Origin: Octopus vulgaris
Taxonomy: Eukaryota
NCBI GenBank assembly: GCA_951406725.2
Contig: OX597816.1
Coordinates: 128,278,001 to 128,342,000 of the forward strand
Reading direction: 5' to 3'
Length of the DNA stretch: 64,000 nt
Position numbers and translations under genes: made by a program. Below are positions 25,744-39,339 of this stretch, piece after piece. Every line of letters starts with the position of its first letter. Within the stretch, counting starts at the first letter, position 1. The notes beneath the pieces are model-generated. The model was not told where the DNA came from. It ran no database searches and saw only the letters and a program-made list of their open reading frames with translations.

Positions 25744-26317
25744 TATATATATATACACGCACATATATGTGTGTGAGTGTGTGTGTATATATATATATAT
25801 GTATGTATAGGTATAAGCCTGGTTGTGTGATTAAGAAGTTTCACAACCACATTGTTTTTGCTGTCTCACTACATATCAGCTTGATCAAGTATCTTCAAGT
25901 ATAGCTCTGTGAGTGGATTTGATAGATGGAAACTGAAAGATACCCAACACACACGTGCACACGCACACATATATACACACACACACAAAGCAAATCAAAA
26001 TAGGAAAGCTTATTCATGCTATTTAATTATGTCTCCTTACTGGTATTTCATCAACAACAATAAAAATAATATCCATTATATGAAGAAAAACTTGTAAGTA
26101 GATTACATTATCATATCATCAGAGACTGCATAACAATAATGTAAACTTTAAGATATATATAATGGATCCTGGTTAAGGTTATGACATCAGTGACTATAAT
26201 TACGTTTCTAAGACCACAGAGGTTTATTTCTACACATTCATATCTGTATTTGGAAACCAGGCTGCTAATTACCATTCCTCTATGTACATATACATACACA
26301 CAGATACATATCCACAT

Positions 26318-26357
<40 letters not shown>

Positions 26358-28080
26358 ATAAATATTAGGGAATAAATCCAAATTTACAGGGAAAAAATCA
26401 GATTTAGGATTAAATCCAATTTTATAGTAAAATATTATATAATATTAATTCGAGACAAAACCACTATTTTGCAAAACAAACAAGGAAAGACTTAATCAAT
26501 ACATAAAAATTTTAATATGAAATAAATAAATAAATAAATAAATAAATATATATGTCCATGTTTGCACATGTACACGCACACACACACACACACACATGCA
26601 CACACGTGCAAACACACACACACACACACTGAAATAATAAACAGCAAAAGAACAAAAGGCAAGGAAACATAACAATCCCCTCATTAGCCATGGAAATCCA
26701 GACTACAAGCACAGTTTCAGTACATTCAAAGTCCAAATACTTTAAATTCTATGGTACCACTCATCTCATTACACTAGTTATATGGGGAAAATAAGGACAA
26801 AACAAGAAAGGCAACAAAATACAAGTATGATAGAAAATTAAGGTAAGAAAAATACAATGAGGGAATATCTATACATACTCACAAACAGGCACACAAGCGT
26901 ATACAGATGAACTTAAAACAAATACCCCACACAAGGTAGAATTGCTCCATTTTGAGTGGGGTTTAAAGTTTTTTTTTTCTTTTTGCACCACACATTTCAA
27001 AACAATAGAGAGAAGACTTTTCAAAAGTCTTCATAATCCATAATTTTTAAACATCTACCTCTCCTTCCCTCTTTCTTGTGTTTTCACAACAACCATTACC
27101 ACTAAAAAATTTTCCTCTCTTATATTACAGTATTCCATATTCTGAAACTCATGTCCTACATATTTTTAGAGCAAAAAAATGTTTAAATCCATGTATTTTA
27201 AATGCCTTGGAACAGCAAACACCAATAAAAGGATATTTTTTTTGTCATTTTTAATTATTTTATTGTATTCCACATTCTAAAACACTTCCAACTTGCATTA
27301 GAAAATTCTTACCCTCTTCCTTCTTCATTGTATCTTTCCCAATTAAATTGAATTTTTTCATTATTCTTCATGTTTTTTTTTCTTATTTTTACCAAACTGT
27401 AAAAAAACTTTTTCCTTCACAACATAGAAATTAAATCAAGATAAAAACAAGAATATATTAACACCTGATTTACTATGACATAATTCCTGTCAAATTTTGC
27501 AAACCAGTTTCTCATTTCCCACACAAAACAAAAACAAATATGAATATGGCCTTTTAGGAATATGGCCTTTTATTTTTCAATTAAAATATATAAATATATT
27601 CTTTTTTACATCTAAAAACCACTTTTATACATAGTTTAAAATTTAAAATTTTGTTTTAGAAACCAACTTGTATTTTCTTTTTAATTGTGAAAGATATGAT
27701 GAAAGAGAAGGAACAGGTCAAGATTTCTTTTTTTTAATCTGCAAATGTTTCAGAATATGAAATACTATGAATTAAGGAAAACGAAAATATCATATGGTGA
27801 CTGCTGATCCAAAGACATGATGAAGGTGGCAGAGCAGAAGTTAAAAATACAGTTATGGATTCAGTAATTTTTTTCTAAAAAAGGCTTCCTCCCATTGTTT
27901 TGAATTGAAATGTGTGTGTGTGTGTGTGATTTTTCTTTGATTCTTATTTAAGTTCTTAGAGTTCAAGCCAGTTATTAACAAAGCGATACAACTTTGAGTT
28001 AAGAAAGTTCCTCGTGTATATAAATATGTGATTGAGTTGGTGTGGTTGAGCTGTTGATGAAAGTACCCAAGTGTATATAT

Positions 28081-28325
28081 CTATTCACCTAAAGAATCTT
28101 GGAAAAAGAATCTTTGAAATATCTTACAAATCTTCATTGTGCCACTAATAGATTGGATTTGGAGAAACTGTGTCAGTTTCTTGTGCTCTTTCTTCAAAAC
28201 ACTTAGTATCTCTATGTTTCTGTGTAAATTTGTTGCTACATAGACTAATGCACTTATAATGATAGATACAAATGAGATTTTACAATCAGAGTGCAAGAGC
28301 TATAAGTTCCACATTAATTCACCAT
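28081..28325 (-). mobile_element. Restriction-like-endonuclease (R4/Dong-type) LINE 3' fragment
   Basis: FVSIIISALVYV..LQIQSISGTMKICK, homologous to the 38935 fragment. Confidence 0.55.
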
Positions 28326-28334
28326 AAATGTATG

Positions 28335-29290
28335 ATATGGTTGATAGAGTGGTATATGCTGAGAGACAAGATTGATAAACTTGGAAGGAAGGTGGTAGTA
28401 AGGAACAGGATCAAATGGCTAGAAGAGTATCTTATCAACAAGTATACTTAGCTTAGGGGAAGACAGAAAGAAAGAAATTTGTGCACATTCAGCATCATGA
28501 GGAACAGGGGCATGAAGTGTTCAGAATTGTGAAACAAAGTACGAGAGATAACCAAGATGACATTGGTGAAAAGTATGTTCATGATGATGTCATATTCACC
28601 ATTAATATGGAAGACAAGAAAGTGGTGTGGAAGAGCTATTATGAGAAGCTGCTAAATGTGGATTGTGCATGGGATAAAGTAGGGGCTGTCTCATACTACA
28701 TCATGTGACCTCATGATCTGAGAAAAGGACCAGCAATTCATGTTGACAGCAATGTGAAAGTTAAAGCAATCAAGAACATGAAGAGAGGGAAAGCTGCAGT
28801 TGCATCAGGGATAGTTGCAGAAATGTTTAAAGTGTTTGGTGAGGTAGGACACATGATTACTACTTGGATAGTTGATCATGCCATAGAAGAAATAGTCATA
28901 CCCAGCGAATGGCATAGCAGTATCATTATAAACTACTACGAAAGCAAAGGAGATGTTAGACAAAAGAAGAATCAAACTACTAAATCAGATTATGATGGTC
29001 ATGAAGAGAGTTACAATACAAATTGGTCTGCAGCAGAGTAGACTTAGATGAGATGCAAGTTTGGTTTCATGTTTGGAAGAGATATCATAGATGCAATCTT
29101 CCTAGGGAAGCAACTATAAGAGAAATACTTAACTAAGAGTAAACCATTAATCTTAACATTCATTGATTTGAAGTATGCATCTGACAGAGTTTCATGTTCA
29201 GTAGTTTCGTGGTCACTAAGGAAAGTGGTAGTAGGAAAATGTTTTGTGAGTGCTGTACAAGCTATGTGCAAAGATGCAGTAAGTGAGATA
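28335..29290 (+). mobile_element. RTE-clade LINE internal fragment
   Basis: WKSYYEKLLN; KAIKNMKRGKAAVASGIVAEM; QVWFHV/QFGF-like region; TFIDLKYASDRV. Confidence 0.75.
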
Positions 29291-30239
29291 TCTTAGTTGA
29301 ATAGCATGAAAATTTTAGAGAAGAATAATTGGGATGTTAATAATTCACTCTTAGTTTCTATTTTAATAACTACATGTTGTTGCATGGTTTGCTAATTACA
29401 CTTTAGCATTACTTTTAATTGGAATTCTTAGAGAATTTAAGTTTGGGAAACCTTATGTCTGCACAAACCTATATTTTCATTCCTTTGATTTAGTAGTTTG
29501 CTAAGTAATTTACTCAGTATGTGTGTGTGTGCACATGTGTGTGTGCATGCGCTACTATCTCTTTGCCTTGACCATTGTATAATAAGATTAAACAAGTGTC
29601 ACTGTGATGCCAGCAGTGTCTTTTGTTCCCAGTCTTCCTCAAAAACATATCTGGGCATTGGGAAATATTACCTTTCTTGGAAATAGGTAAGAGTAGCAAC
29701 AGAAAGGGCATCCAGCTGTAGACAATCTGACATGATAAATTTCGCCCAATCCATGTGAGCATGGAAAAAATAAATGTTAAAATGGTGATATGATATATTT
29801 ATATATTACCATTATTATGAATTTGCAGAAGTTACAGAGTGACTCAAGGATCAAGAACTTCATGCATCAGTAATGCATGAAACTCTCAGCTCTTGAGTCA
29901 TACTGTAACTCCTGCTCACTAATAAAATAATACATATATACTCATGCTTTGAATTTTATTTTCCTATTTGTATTACCAAACCTATATCCACACATGCACA
30001 CACACTCACATATATATATATGATGAATCTAAGGTGTAGTACAAGAGGGGTTCAGACTCTGCATAAGGAGTAGACAACCAACATATATATAGTGATCAAA
30101 CGTTTGTGTAGACATAAGCTCACTCCCTCCATCAAATTGACATTACCTGTACAGGTGAAACTGGGTGCCACATGTCAGATGTTGAAATGATCGCAGAGCA
30201 ATGTGAAATGAAGTGCTTTGCTCAAGAACATGAGGCAAT

Positions 30240-31467
30240 GCACGTTTGAACCATGAAGTATTTGTACCGGAATTTTGCAGAGTTTTAAATTTTTTTAAAC
30301 AATTTTTTAAAAATGGTCTGATAATACAGACATAGACTTGCTGAAATGCATCAATGAATTAACATTGATATTTTTTTTCACTATAGTTACAATCATCTGA
30401 AATGGAACTGTCAAGGCACGATATTCAAGCAATTTTGTTATTTAACTTCAAAAAAGGATGTAATGCAGCTAAAACTGCTTGCAATATCAACGAAACATTT
30501 GGTGAGAAAATGACCAGTGAGTGGTTAGCTCGAAAATGGTTTAAACGATTTCACAGTAGAGACCTGAACCTTGAAGATCATGAGTGTAGTGGACGCCCAT
30601 CTGTCATAAATGACAGTCAATTAAAGACTATCATTGAGAAATTTCCACGAAAAACCACATGAGAACTGGCAAAAGAACTTCAAGTTAGCCAGAAAACTGC
30701 CTGCAACCATTTTCATGCGATCAGAAAATCAAAAACGCTCAACAAATGGGTACCACACTATTTGAATGAAACTCAGAAAATGTGCAAATATGAAATTTGC
30801 TCGTCACTTCTTCTCCGTAACCAGACATTTATTCTTCGACTGTATTACAACTTGCAATGAAAAATGGTTTCTGTACAATAATAAAAAACGTTCTTTGCAG
30901 TGGCTGGACCAAAATGAAACACCAAAAACCTTCCCTAAACTCGAGCTCTTCAAAAAGAAGGTTATGTGACTGTTTGGTGGTGTACTGTTGGACTCATCCA
31001 CTATAACTTCTTAAAACCCAGAAAAACCATCACTGAAGTAACATATTGCCACAAAATTACCAAAATGAATGAAAAACTGTTACTCCTCCATCCCAATCTG
31101 GTCAACAGAATATCAATCATTCTTCACGACAATGCTCGACCACACGTTTCCCTAATAACGCTGCAAAAGTTGAGGTAACTTGGCTATGAAGCTCTTCTCC
31201 ACCCAGCTTATTCCCCAGACCTTTCTCCTACCGACTACTACTTTTCCAGGCACCTTGATGGTTTCCACTGAGAGAAGCTCAAAAATCAAACCGATGCCGA
31301 AAGTGCAAAGGGTTTATCAGCTCCAAACTGCAGAATAAACAAACTTGTAACAAGTTGGCAAATATGTGTTGATTGTAATGGTACTTACTTTGATGAATAA
31401 AATTTCCGCATTGTTGGAATATATAGTGATGAATTTCATGTTTCAAAACGTTGCTTACTTTTTATTC

Positions 31468-31473
<6 letters not shown>
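30240..31473 (+). mobile_element. Near full-length decayed mariner
   Basis: MELSRHDIQAILLFNFKKG..WFKRF..SGRPS; WVPHYL; TCNEKW; LHDNARPH; YSPDLSPTDY; ends before (TA)n. Confidence 0.9.
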
Positions 31474-31525
<52 letters not shown>

Positions 31526-31528
<3 letters not shown>

Positions 31529-31625
31529 TAATATGTTACATTACTCGATAGTCAAGATAAAACTCTGAGTTTCAGATGCCGAAGTGGGAATCCACGACAT
31601 CTCTTCGGTTATCTGGCTATTTATA
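31526..31625 (-). mobile_element. Short TA-inserted element with a hammerhead-like fold
   Basis: GATAA-CCGAAGA-GATGTCG..CGGCATC-T-GAAA-CTCAGAG-TT-TTATC. Confidence 0.5.
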
Positions 31626-32049
31626 TGTATATATATATACTGTAATGGAGAAAGCAATTATTAAAGGGTTGACGGTCTGGAAATATTATTATAAACTCAT
31701 GTTCTAAGAAATTTCCTATAATTTCTATTTCTCAAGCTTAATGAATTTTTTAACTCCAATTTCTCATAAATGTAAATATTCATTGCATTCACTGCATCCT
31801 ATTCTTCTCATATTTAAATATTCCTTGCATTCACTGCGGAATAAATCTCTCACTTTCTCTTTTAAGTTTTAATTCACTTTTAATGTATACATAATGTAAA
31901 AACATTATTTATCTAATGAAATTTTTTTAAATACCCGTATGATTTTTGAACGCGGGATAGCTGTGAGAAGAGCCTAGAAAGTTGGGTAATTACTATTGGA
32001 CGACAAGGAGAAAAAATAAAAAGTTACCGACAAGTACTTGAAACTTGAA

Positions 32050-32433
32050 ATTTCGTCTGTCTTTGCGTTCTGAGTTCAAATTCCGCCGAGATCGACTTGG
32101 CTCTTCATCCTTTCAGATGTGTATTGGGGTTGATCTAATTGACTGTCCCCTTCCCAAAAATTTCGGGCCTTGTGCCTAGAGTAAAAAAGAATATATACAC
32201 AAACAAAGCTGGCGAGCTAGCAAAAACGTTAGCACGCCAGGCGAAATGCATAGCTGTATTTCGTCTGTCTTTACGTTCTGTGTTCAAATTCCGCCAAGGT
32301 CGACTTTGCCTTTCATTCTTTTGGGGTCGATAAATTAAGTACCAGTTGTGTACTGAGGTTGATCTAATCGACTGGCCCCCTCCCCTAAAATTTCGAGCCT
32401 TGTGCCTAGAGTAAAAAAGAATATATACACAAA
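32050..32433 (+). mobile_element. Tandem pair of SINE copies
   Basis: Both units end GCCTTGTGCCTAGAGTAAAAAAGAATATATACACAAAC. Confidence 0.75.
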
Positions 32434-33651
32434 CAAGTTGCACGAGCAATTTCAACGGTGACACACACACTCACACATTCACGCACACACATAGATATGT
32501 ATACACACATCTGAAAGGCAATGAATGTGTGTGTGCGTGTGTGCTGTTCACTGACAAAACTTCGTACTACATCACTTTTGTGAAGTTCTGTCACGGTTTC
32601 AAAGCGACGAAAATATTTTGACACAAATGAAGTTTAATGTTGAAGTGAAACTAACAGTATTTATGTGTTCTTAAATGGCTTACAAACATCTTTTACGCTG
32701 CAATTGCTTTTGTTTCAGCACACGATCTCAGATCAAGTCACTTGCTATGCAAGTACATCGTAATTTTTTAAAATCGCTGTGGATAAATTCCAGCAATGAC
32801 CTTCTCAGGCTTCCAGTATTTTAATTTCTAAGCAAAAACAATCGGAGGCAGGTAGTGGGGTTGCAAAAATTCATATTTTCTCAAATTTTCTTTTTAAAGA
32901 ATATAAATGTATTTATGGGGGGAAAATATAGGAAAATATCAATACATGCGAGAGTGATTAAGAAACGAGGAGGGTTGTCTTTGGATGTGCAAGAAACAAC
33001 AGCCAAATCGCCCTTAAATCACTTTTCCCTCAGAAAATATTAACATTTTTTTTTTACTGAAAATGCTTTCCCTGCGGTTTTGAAGAACAAAATAAAAAAA
33101 AAATTGGCCAAAATAGGTCCGAAGTGGGATGCAAAACCGCAGGGAAAGCATTTTCGGTAAAAAAAAAATGTTAATATTTTCTGAGGGAAAAGTGATTTAA
33201 GGGCGATTTGGCTGTTGTTTGAAAAAATTTATTTTTTACACCCCACCGCAAAACTTTTTTCATACAAAGATGCCTCCTCCACCAACCCCATCATTTCGAA
33301 TGCTGTGGTTTAAAAACAAAAAATGGGGAAAATCCCTAAAGAAACTTTTCCCTACAAATTTCTTTATAATCGTAATCTAGGCAGTTTGAAAGAGATTTGT
33401 ATAAATTTTCATTAAAAGACACCCATCTTCCTGAAAGTTAGAGGGAAAAAAGTGAAATTGTGTGAATTATCTGAAACTCCTCTCTCCACCCCTCACAAAA
33501 ATTCTTTCCCATAAATCACTATATACTCTGAAGCTACATCTAATCGGTATTTGTAGAAAGTTTTTTTAAAAAGTATTCATTTTTCTGGATGTTAGGAGGC
33601 AACAAAGTCGGAGGCATATACATCTGTAGTAACGCCCTTTTGATTATATGA
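32434..33651 (-). mobile_element. Probable non-autonomous Helitron-like element
   Basis: Minus strand starts A|TCATATAATCAAAAGGGCG and ends with a small hairpin (TTGCTCGTGCAA) plus CTTG|T; CpG-richer than its flanks. Confidence 0.45.
32994..33220. repeat. Near-perfect 89-bp inverted repeat with a 49-nt loop
   Basis: 32994-33082 is the reverse complement of 33132-33220 with about one mismatch. Confidence 0.95.
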
Positions 33652-33691
33652 TGTTTTTATTTCATGCTTATTTCATCCATTGTTTTTAATG

Positions 33692-33722
<31 letters not shown>

Positions 33723-35272
33723 TCACACACACACACACGCTGCAAATCTTACAGATGTAGTGCTGAATTGAAATCTCTATGTTGCTTTCAAGGGAAGGTA
33801 AAACTTGACAAACTGCTTCTCCCTCTGTTGTTGGACTACCATGATGTTTGTTTAAAAAAGAGAGATTATGATGGTGATAAAATAATGAAAGCAATATTTA
33901 CTAAGTAAGTGAGCACTATTATACAAAGAAATAATTAGATATACAATATAAAAATTATTGGAATTAGGAATCAAATGTGAAAAAATATCAAGGTGCTAGT
34001 ATATACATATACATATATATATATGTATATGTATATATGCATGTGTATATACATATGTATGTGTGTGTGTGTATATATATATATCACACATATATATATA
34101 TATATATCTAATATCTCTCCACCATATATATATATATTTATATATATACATATATATGTAGTGTATATTATAAATATATATATATACATATAATACATAT
34201 GTACATATCTAATACCTCTCTCTATACACACATACACATAGACCGATAAATAGTTATATCCGTGTATACATAAACTGACAAACAGCTAGATATGTAGACA
34301 TTATAATGATGATGATAATGAAAAAGGTGGATATATACACATATATATATGCATCTTTAGACATATTATGCATGTGTGTGTTGGTGCATGTTACATCTGA
34401 AAGAGAGATAGAGAGAGAGATGGAAAGAGAGAGGGAGAGAGCGAGAAAGAGATAGGGAGAGAGAGGGGAAAAGAGAGCAAGAGAGAGAATGTAAGTGATA
34501 AGTAGATGTATATGTGTAAACATAACACATAGATTTACATTTGTTTTTGTATGTGTGTTCACACTCATTCACATGCACTTATCATATTGTGGAAAAGAGA
34601 CCAGGTGCAGGTAACAGCTAACATCCCAGACTGAACTGATTCGTTTTCCTTGCTAAATGTCAACATGTTTTGCTATCATACTTCTATGTTATCTTTCTAG
34701 ATTGTTTCCTTTTGTAGAAAGAAATTCTTCAGTAATACTTCCTCATATTTTTCTTATATCTCTGTTTATGCTACATTGCATGCATATTAGCTTTCATTCT
34801 AATGCCCACTCAAACAGCCACTCTCAGCTCTACCCCTTACATTTCACAATAAGGAAACATATGTTAGATCAAGACAATAGCCAGCTATCACTTATATCTT
34901 CCCATCATAACTGTATATATTCCAACACTCTGTTGAAGTATTCCCTTATTTGTATATGTTACTCACAGTTGTCATGGCTTATATCCAAGTCAGCTTTGAT
35001 TGAATACATCAATCTTTTATCATTTATCTTCTATGGTTTATCTTTTACTTGTTTCCGTCATGAGACTTTGGCCATGCTGGGGCATCGCCTTGAAGAATTT
35101 TCAGTTGAGCAAATCAACCCCAGTATTTATTTTTTTATTTTTATTTTTTAATCTGGTTCTTATTCAATAGATATCATAACTTATAGCTATCATAACTAAT
35201 AACTATCAAGAGACTATATATGAAATTAATATTTCAACAACAATAATAATAATAACAACAATAATAATAATG

Positions 35273-35315
<43 letters not shown>

Positions 35316-35825
35316 CACTCATATACACACATGCACACAAGGCCTCAGTTGGGCTGGAATCCCATCAAAAGACAATTACCCAATGTGTTATGCAGTAGGA
35401 CTGAACACTGAACCATGTGGTTGGGGACCAAACTTCTTACCACTGTCACGCCTGTGCCCATATGAGTATGAACATTTAAGCTATAAACAATTTTATTTCA
35501 AAGCATAGAATATACTGGCCAAATGAATATGTCCTTCCTTTTTTAAAATGGCAGGCTAAGATTTGAGGGGAGGTTTCTAGAAGTTCATTTGATCAAATAA
35601 GTGGCCCCTTTCTCTTTCATTTCGATAATTCCAGTCTCCTGGGAGTGTACAGGGACATCTATACTATGTTCATGACTACAAATACATCCAATATATATAA
35701 GAGAGTGTTTGTGTATGTGTATATGTGTGTGTAGTGTATGTCTGTATGTACATGCCTGGTGTATATTTCTGTGTGTGTATGCATGCATGTATGTATATAC
35801 ATACACATGCACATGAGTGTGTGAA

Positions 35826-35860
<35 letters not shown>

Positions 35861-35864
35861 ATGT

Positions 35865-36030
35865 TTTTTGCAATCCAAGAGCAAGACATAGCTATAAAGC
35901 ACCTCACAAACAAGCAGTAACAACAAAGCCCTTAAACTCCTAAGATGCAACAGTAAAATGTCGACTATGTCAGTTTTCTGTGGAAGATACAGGTAATCAA
36001 CAGCTACCCAAAAATGTGACATGATGCCAT
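35865..36030 (+). mobile_element. RLE-type LINE fragment (AIQEQ..CRLC region)
   Basis: AIQEQDIAIKHL ... CRLCQFSVEDT. Confidence 0.45.
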
Positions 36031-37399
36031 AAGTGAAACCCTCCACTGGAAAAACTGACCTAGGATTAATATAAACATATTTCTACTATTGAATCAACAC
36101 AATGAATATTGGTTGGACATTACCATTAAAACTTTCTAGGTGCAATCCCATAGTCATTCATGACTGGAGAGTGTTTTTACAAATAGCAATCTGAAAAAAA
36201 AGCTAGGATTTTGTGGAAAAGGCAGGACTGGTTAACAAACACTTCATAGAAAGATCTTCACAGAATAGGGATAGATGTTCTCAAGAAACAACTTGATCTG
36301 CTGTTCAAGGTCTTAGATGAACCTATGTCATGGCAAGGAACTCAAGAGAGGGCAGTTATGTTGATCTTTCTCTGCCACTAACAATCAATTGCATAAGAAA
36401 TGCCACTGTAAAGGTGGTTACACAGGTGGCACTCCAGCATGGCCATAGCCTTTGGGCTGAATCATATAAAAGAAATAAAAGAAAACAAAAGATATAAACA
36501 GTAAGTGTAACAATAAAAATATGCAAGACACTCCTCGAGTCTGACATTTAAGAATTATCGTTGTTGTTATGTAAATTGCAGTGACGGTGCTTTTATCTCG
36601 TTTTTAGAAACTAGTTCCTTCTTTCTGAGAAGAATTCTAATAAATAATAATAAAGTGAACATACATACATACACACACATACATATATAGATATATCAAT
36701 ACATATATACCTACCTGTATTTATATGTATTTGTGTGTGTGTGTGTGTGTGTGCATGTTAGTATGTGTATGTATATATATGGTGAGAGAGTGGGGTAGAG
36801 AGAGTGAGAGTGAGGGAGAGTGCGATGGCAAAAGCCACAAAAGTTCAGTTAGGAATAAAGAAAAAGTAAAGGTTCTTTGTTTCTAACTGCATTTCTGTGG
36901 CTTTCTCAAATACTTTTAAATCGATTTTACAATGCTACAAATAAATTATGTGATTGGTTGTTATAGATCATTAAACAGAATGTTTTGCTGTACTTTCTCA
37001 GACAGTCAGCATTCTGAGTTCAAATCCTACCAAGGCCAACTTTGCTTTTCATATTTTCTAGTTAAATGATAAATTTGCCTGTGGCAAGACATGACCAACC
37101 CAGGGCAATGGATTGGCAGGACTGTAACAACATTGGAACAGACACTTTGTGGTATTTGTTATGGTTCTTTGAACTCTGAGATCAAATCCCATTATGGCCC
37201 ACTTGGGTGGAAAAACTTAATACATTGCCAGGTTTAATACCATCAACCAGCATATAGGGTACCTTTAAAAGAGTTCACTCTGTTGCTAGCATTTAGGCAA
37301 AGTCTCTGGTTTAAAGGTTCCTACCACCGTTTATTCCAATAGTGTCAGAGGTATCTGGTTTCTGGTTGCTGTTTAAAAGATGATGAAATGAACCAAAAT

Positions 37400-38090
37400 G
37401 TGTCAATTTTAAGAGTTCTTTCATGAACTAAGAAAAGTGTCTAAATTTGGTCAGTGGATCTGTCATCATTTGACTAATTCTCAGCTTCATCAGTGAAGGG
37501 TGGACTTGCTACCAAACCATTCCTGGGTAGAATTAGCACAAGCTTAGAAAAGTATGTTCTTTATAATCATATCCAATGAAAATGACAATGGTTAACTCCC
37601 AATGAGAAAGGTGAATCCATCCCCAAACCAGGACTATAAATGAGAAAAAAGCTACACTCTGTTGTTGAGTGGGATATGAAGAGTGTCATTTATCATGAAG
37701 CATAAACCAAAAAGAAGCACTCAATGCAGCAAAACACTATTTCATCAATTGAAAGTATTGCACAATAATTTGCAGAATAAGCACCCATCATTAGTTAATG
37801 GAAATTAGTGTTGCTCTTATAAGATAATGCAAGAACAAAAGTTACCCAGGAAAAGAATTATCTTTTCCAGAGTAACCAAGTTACCCAGGAAAAGATAATT
37901 CTTTTGCCTCATCTTCCACACTCACCTGACCTTTCTCTTTCTTAATATCATCTTTTCAGATGATTGCAACATTATTTAGAGGGAAAACTATTAATTGCGA
38001 AGAGGAAAAAGATGGTATTAAGTGTTTCTTTATTTGGAAATCTGAACCTGAGGGATCAATAAATTGTCAAATAAATTGGATTATTTTGTG
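37400..38090 (+). mobile_element. Highly decayed mariner fragment
   Basis: GQWICHHL (like WVPHEL); PKPGL; HPSLVN; LPHLPHSPDLS..YHLFR.LQHYL. Confidence 0.7.
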
Positions 38091-38149
38091 AATGTGCATA
38101 TGTGTGTGTGTGCATTAGTTTTATTCTTGGTGGCGTGTTCAATTCCTAG

Positions 38150-38400
38150 TGGCGTGTCCTTGAGCAAGACACTTTATTTCATGTTGCTTCAGTTCACTCA
38201 ATTGGCAAAGTATGCTGTGTCTACAATTCAAAGAACCAGTGTTGTCACATGCTCTGTTATACTGAATTTCCCTGAGAGCTACATTAAGGGTACATCTGTC
38301 TGTGGAGTACTCAGCCACTTGTATGCTAATTTTATGAGCAGGCTGTTCTGTTGATCAGATCAACTGGAACCCTTATTGTCATAACCGACAGAGTGCCAGT
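38150..38400 (+). mobile_element. tRNA-derived SINE
   Basis: Homologous to 18468-18790. Confidence 0.8.
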
Positions 38401-38415
38401 TATGTGTGTGCGCGC

Positions 38416-38450
<35 letters not shown>

Positions 38451-38492
38451 GGTGTGTGTGAGAGTTGGTATGTGAAAGCACATGGTTGGATG

Positions 38493-38816
38493 TATAAAAA
38501 ACAAAATAGAATGAAAAAACTACAGAAGATTTGTATTATATAGTTGAAAAATATATTAAAATCATGTTAGGAAAATTATAGAAAATTTTGTGTATAGTGA
38601 CATTGTTTTGGGAGAAATAACTGGTTTTGCACTTTCCAAATTTTTCAAATTTCTTGAGAAATTTGAAAAGAAAATGCAAAACTGGTTATTTCTCCAAAAA
38701 CAATGTCACTATACACAAAATTTTATATCCTTTTCCTAACATGACAATTTTGATATATTTTTTAAACCATATAATACAAATCTTCTGTAGTTTTCACATT
38801 CCATTTTGTTTTATAT
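38493..38816. repeat. About 325-bp palindrome (foldback or MITE-like)
   Basis: Arms of about 160 bp are reverse complements around TTTTCAAATTTCT-tg-AGAAATTTGAAAA (centre about 38655); TA-flanked. Confidence 0.9.
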
Positions 38817-38934
38817 ATATATACACATGTACTTATGTATGTATGCTTTCCTTTCACTCTTTCTTTAATTTAGAGTAAATTTTGACTCAGCAGCAAAGTT
38901 ATGAAGGAAAGCAGTTTGTTTTATTCATTATCCT

Positions 38935-39200
38935 TTAGGTCTTGCAGATTTCCATAGTACCAGACATCGTGATCATTTGTAGCATATGAATTAAGGACTT
39001 GCATTCTCTCCCAAAGATTCCAGCTTCAGCTATACTTTGCTCCAAGCCGGTTTGTATATATCCTGTTGCTCCAATAATTAGAGATATGAAGCTGAAAGTG
39101 CATCTTGGGTACTGGATTTGCAAACTCCTTATCAATGGTCCATAAATGTCCTCTTTTTCTTGTATTTTTCTGACCACGTTGGTGTCCAAAAGGCATTGTT
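38935..39200 (-). mobile_element. RLE-type LINE 3' fragment
   Basis: DTNVVRKIQEKEDIYGPLIRSLQIQYP..LIIGATGYI. Confidence 0.65.
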
Positions 39201-39339
39201 GACAGAAATGACATCCAGCTGTAGAATATATACTTACATATACAAATATAATACCCAGGGTTTTATTGCTCTTGATAGAGAAAATCCTTTCTGGATTTCT
39301 ACTGTGGTCTGTCTCTGACCAGTCATGGCCATGTATGTC

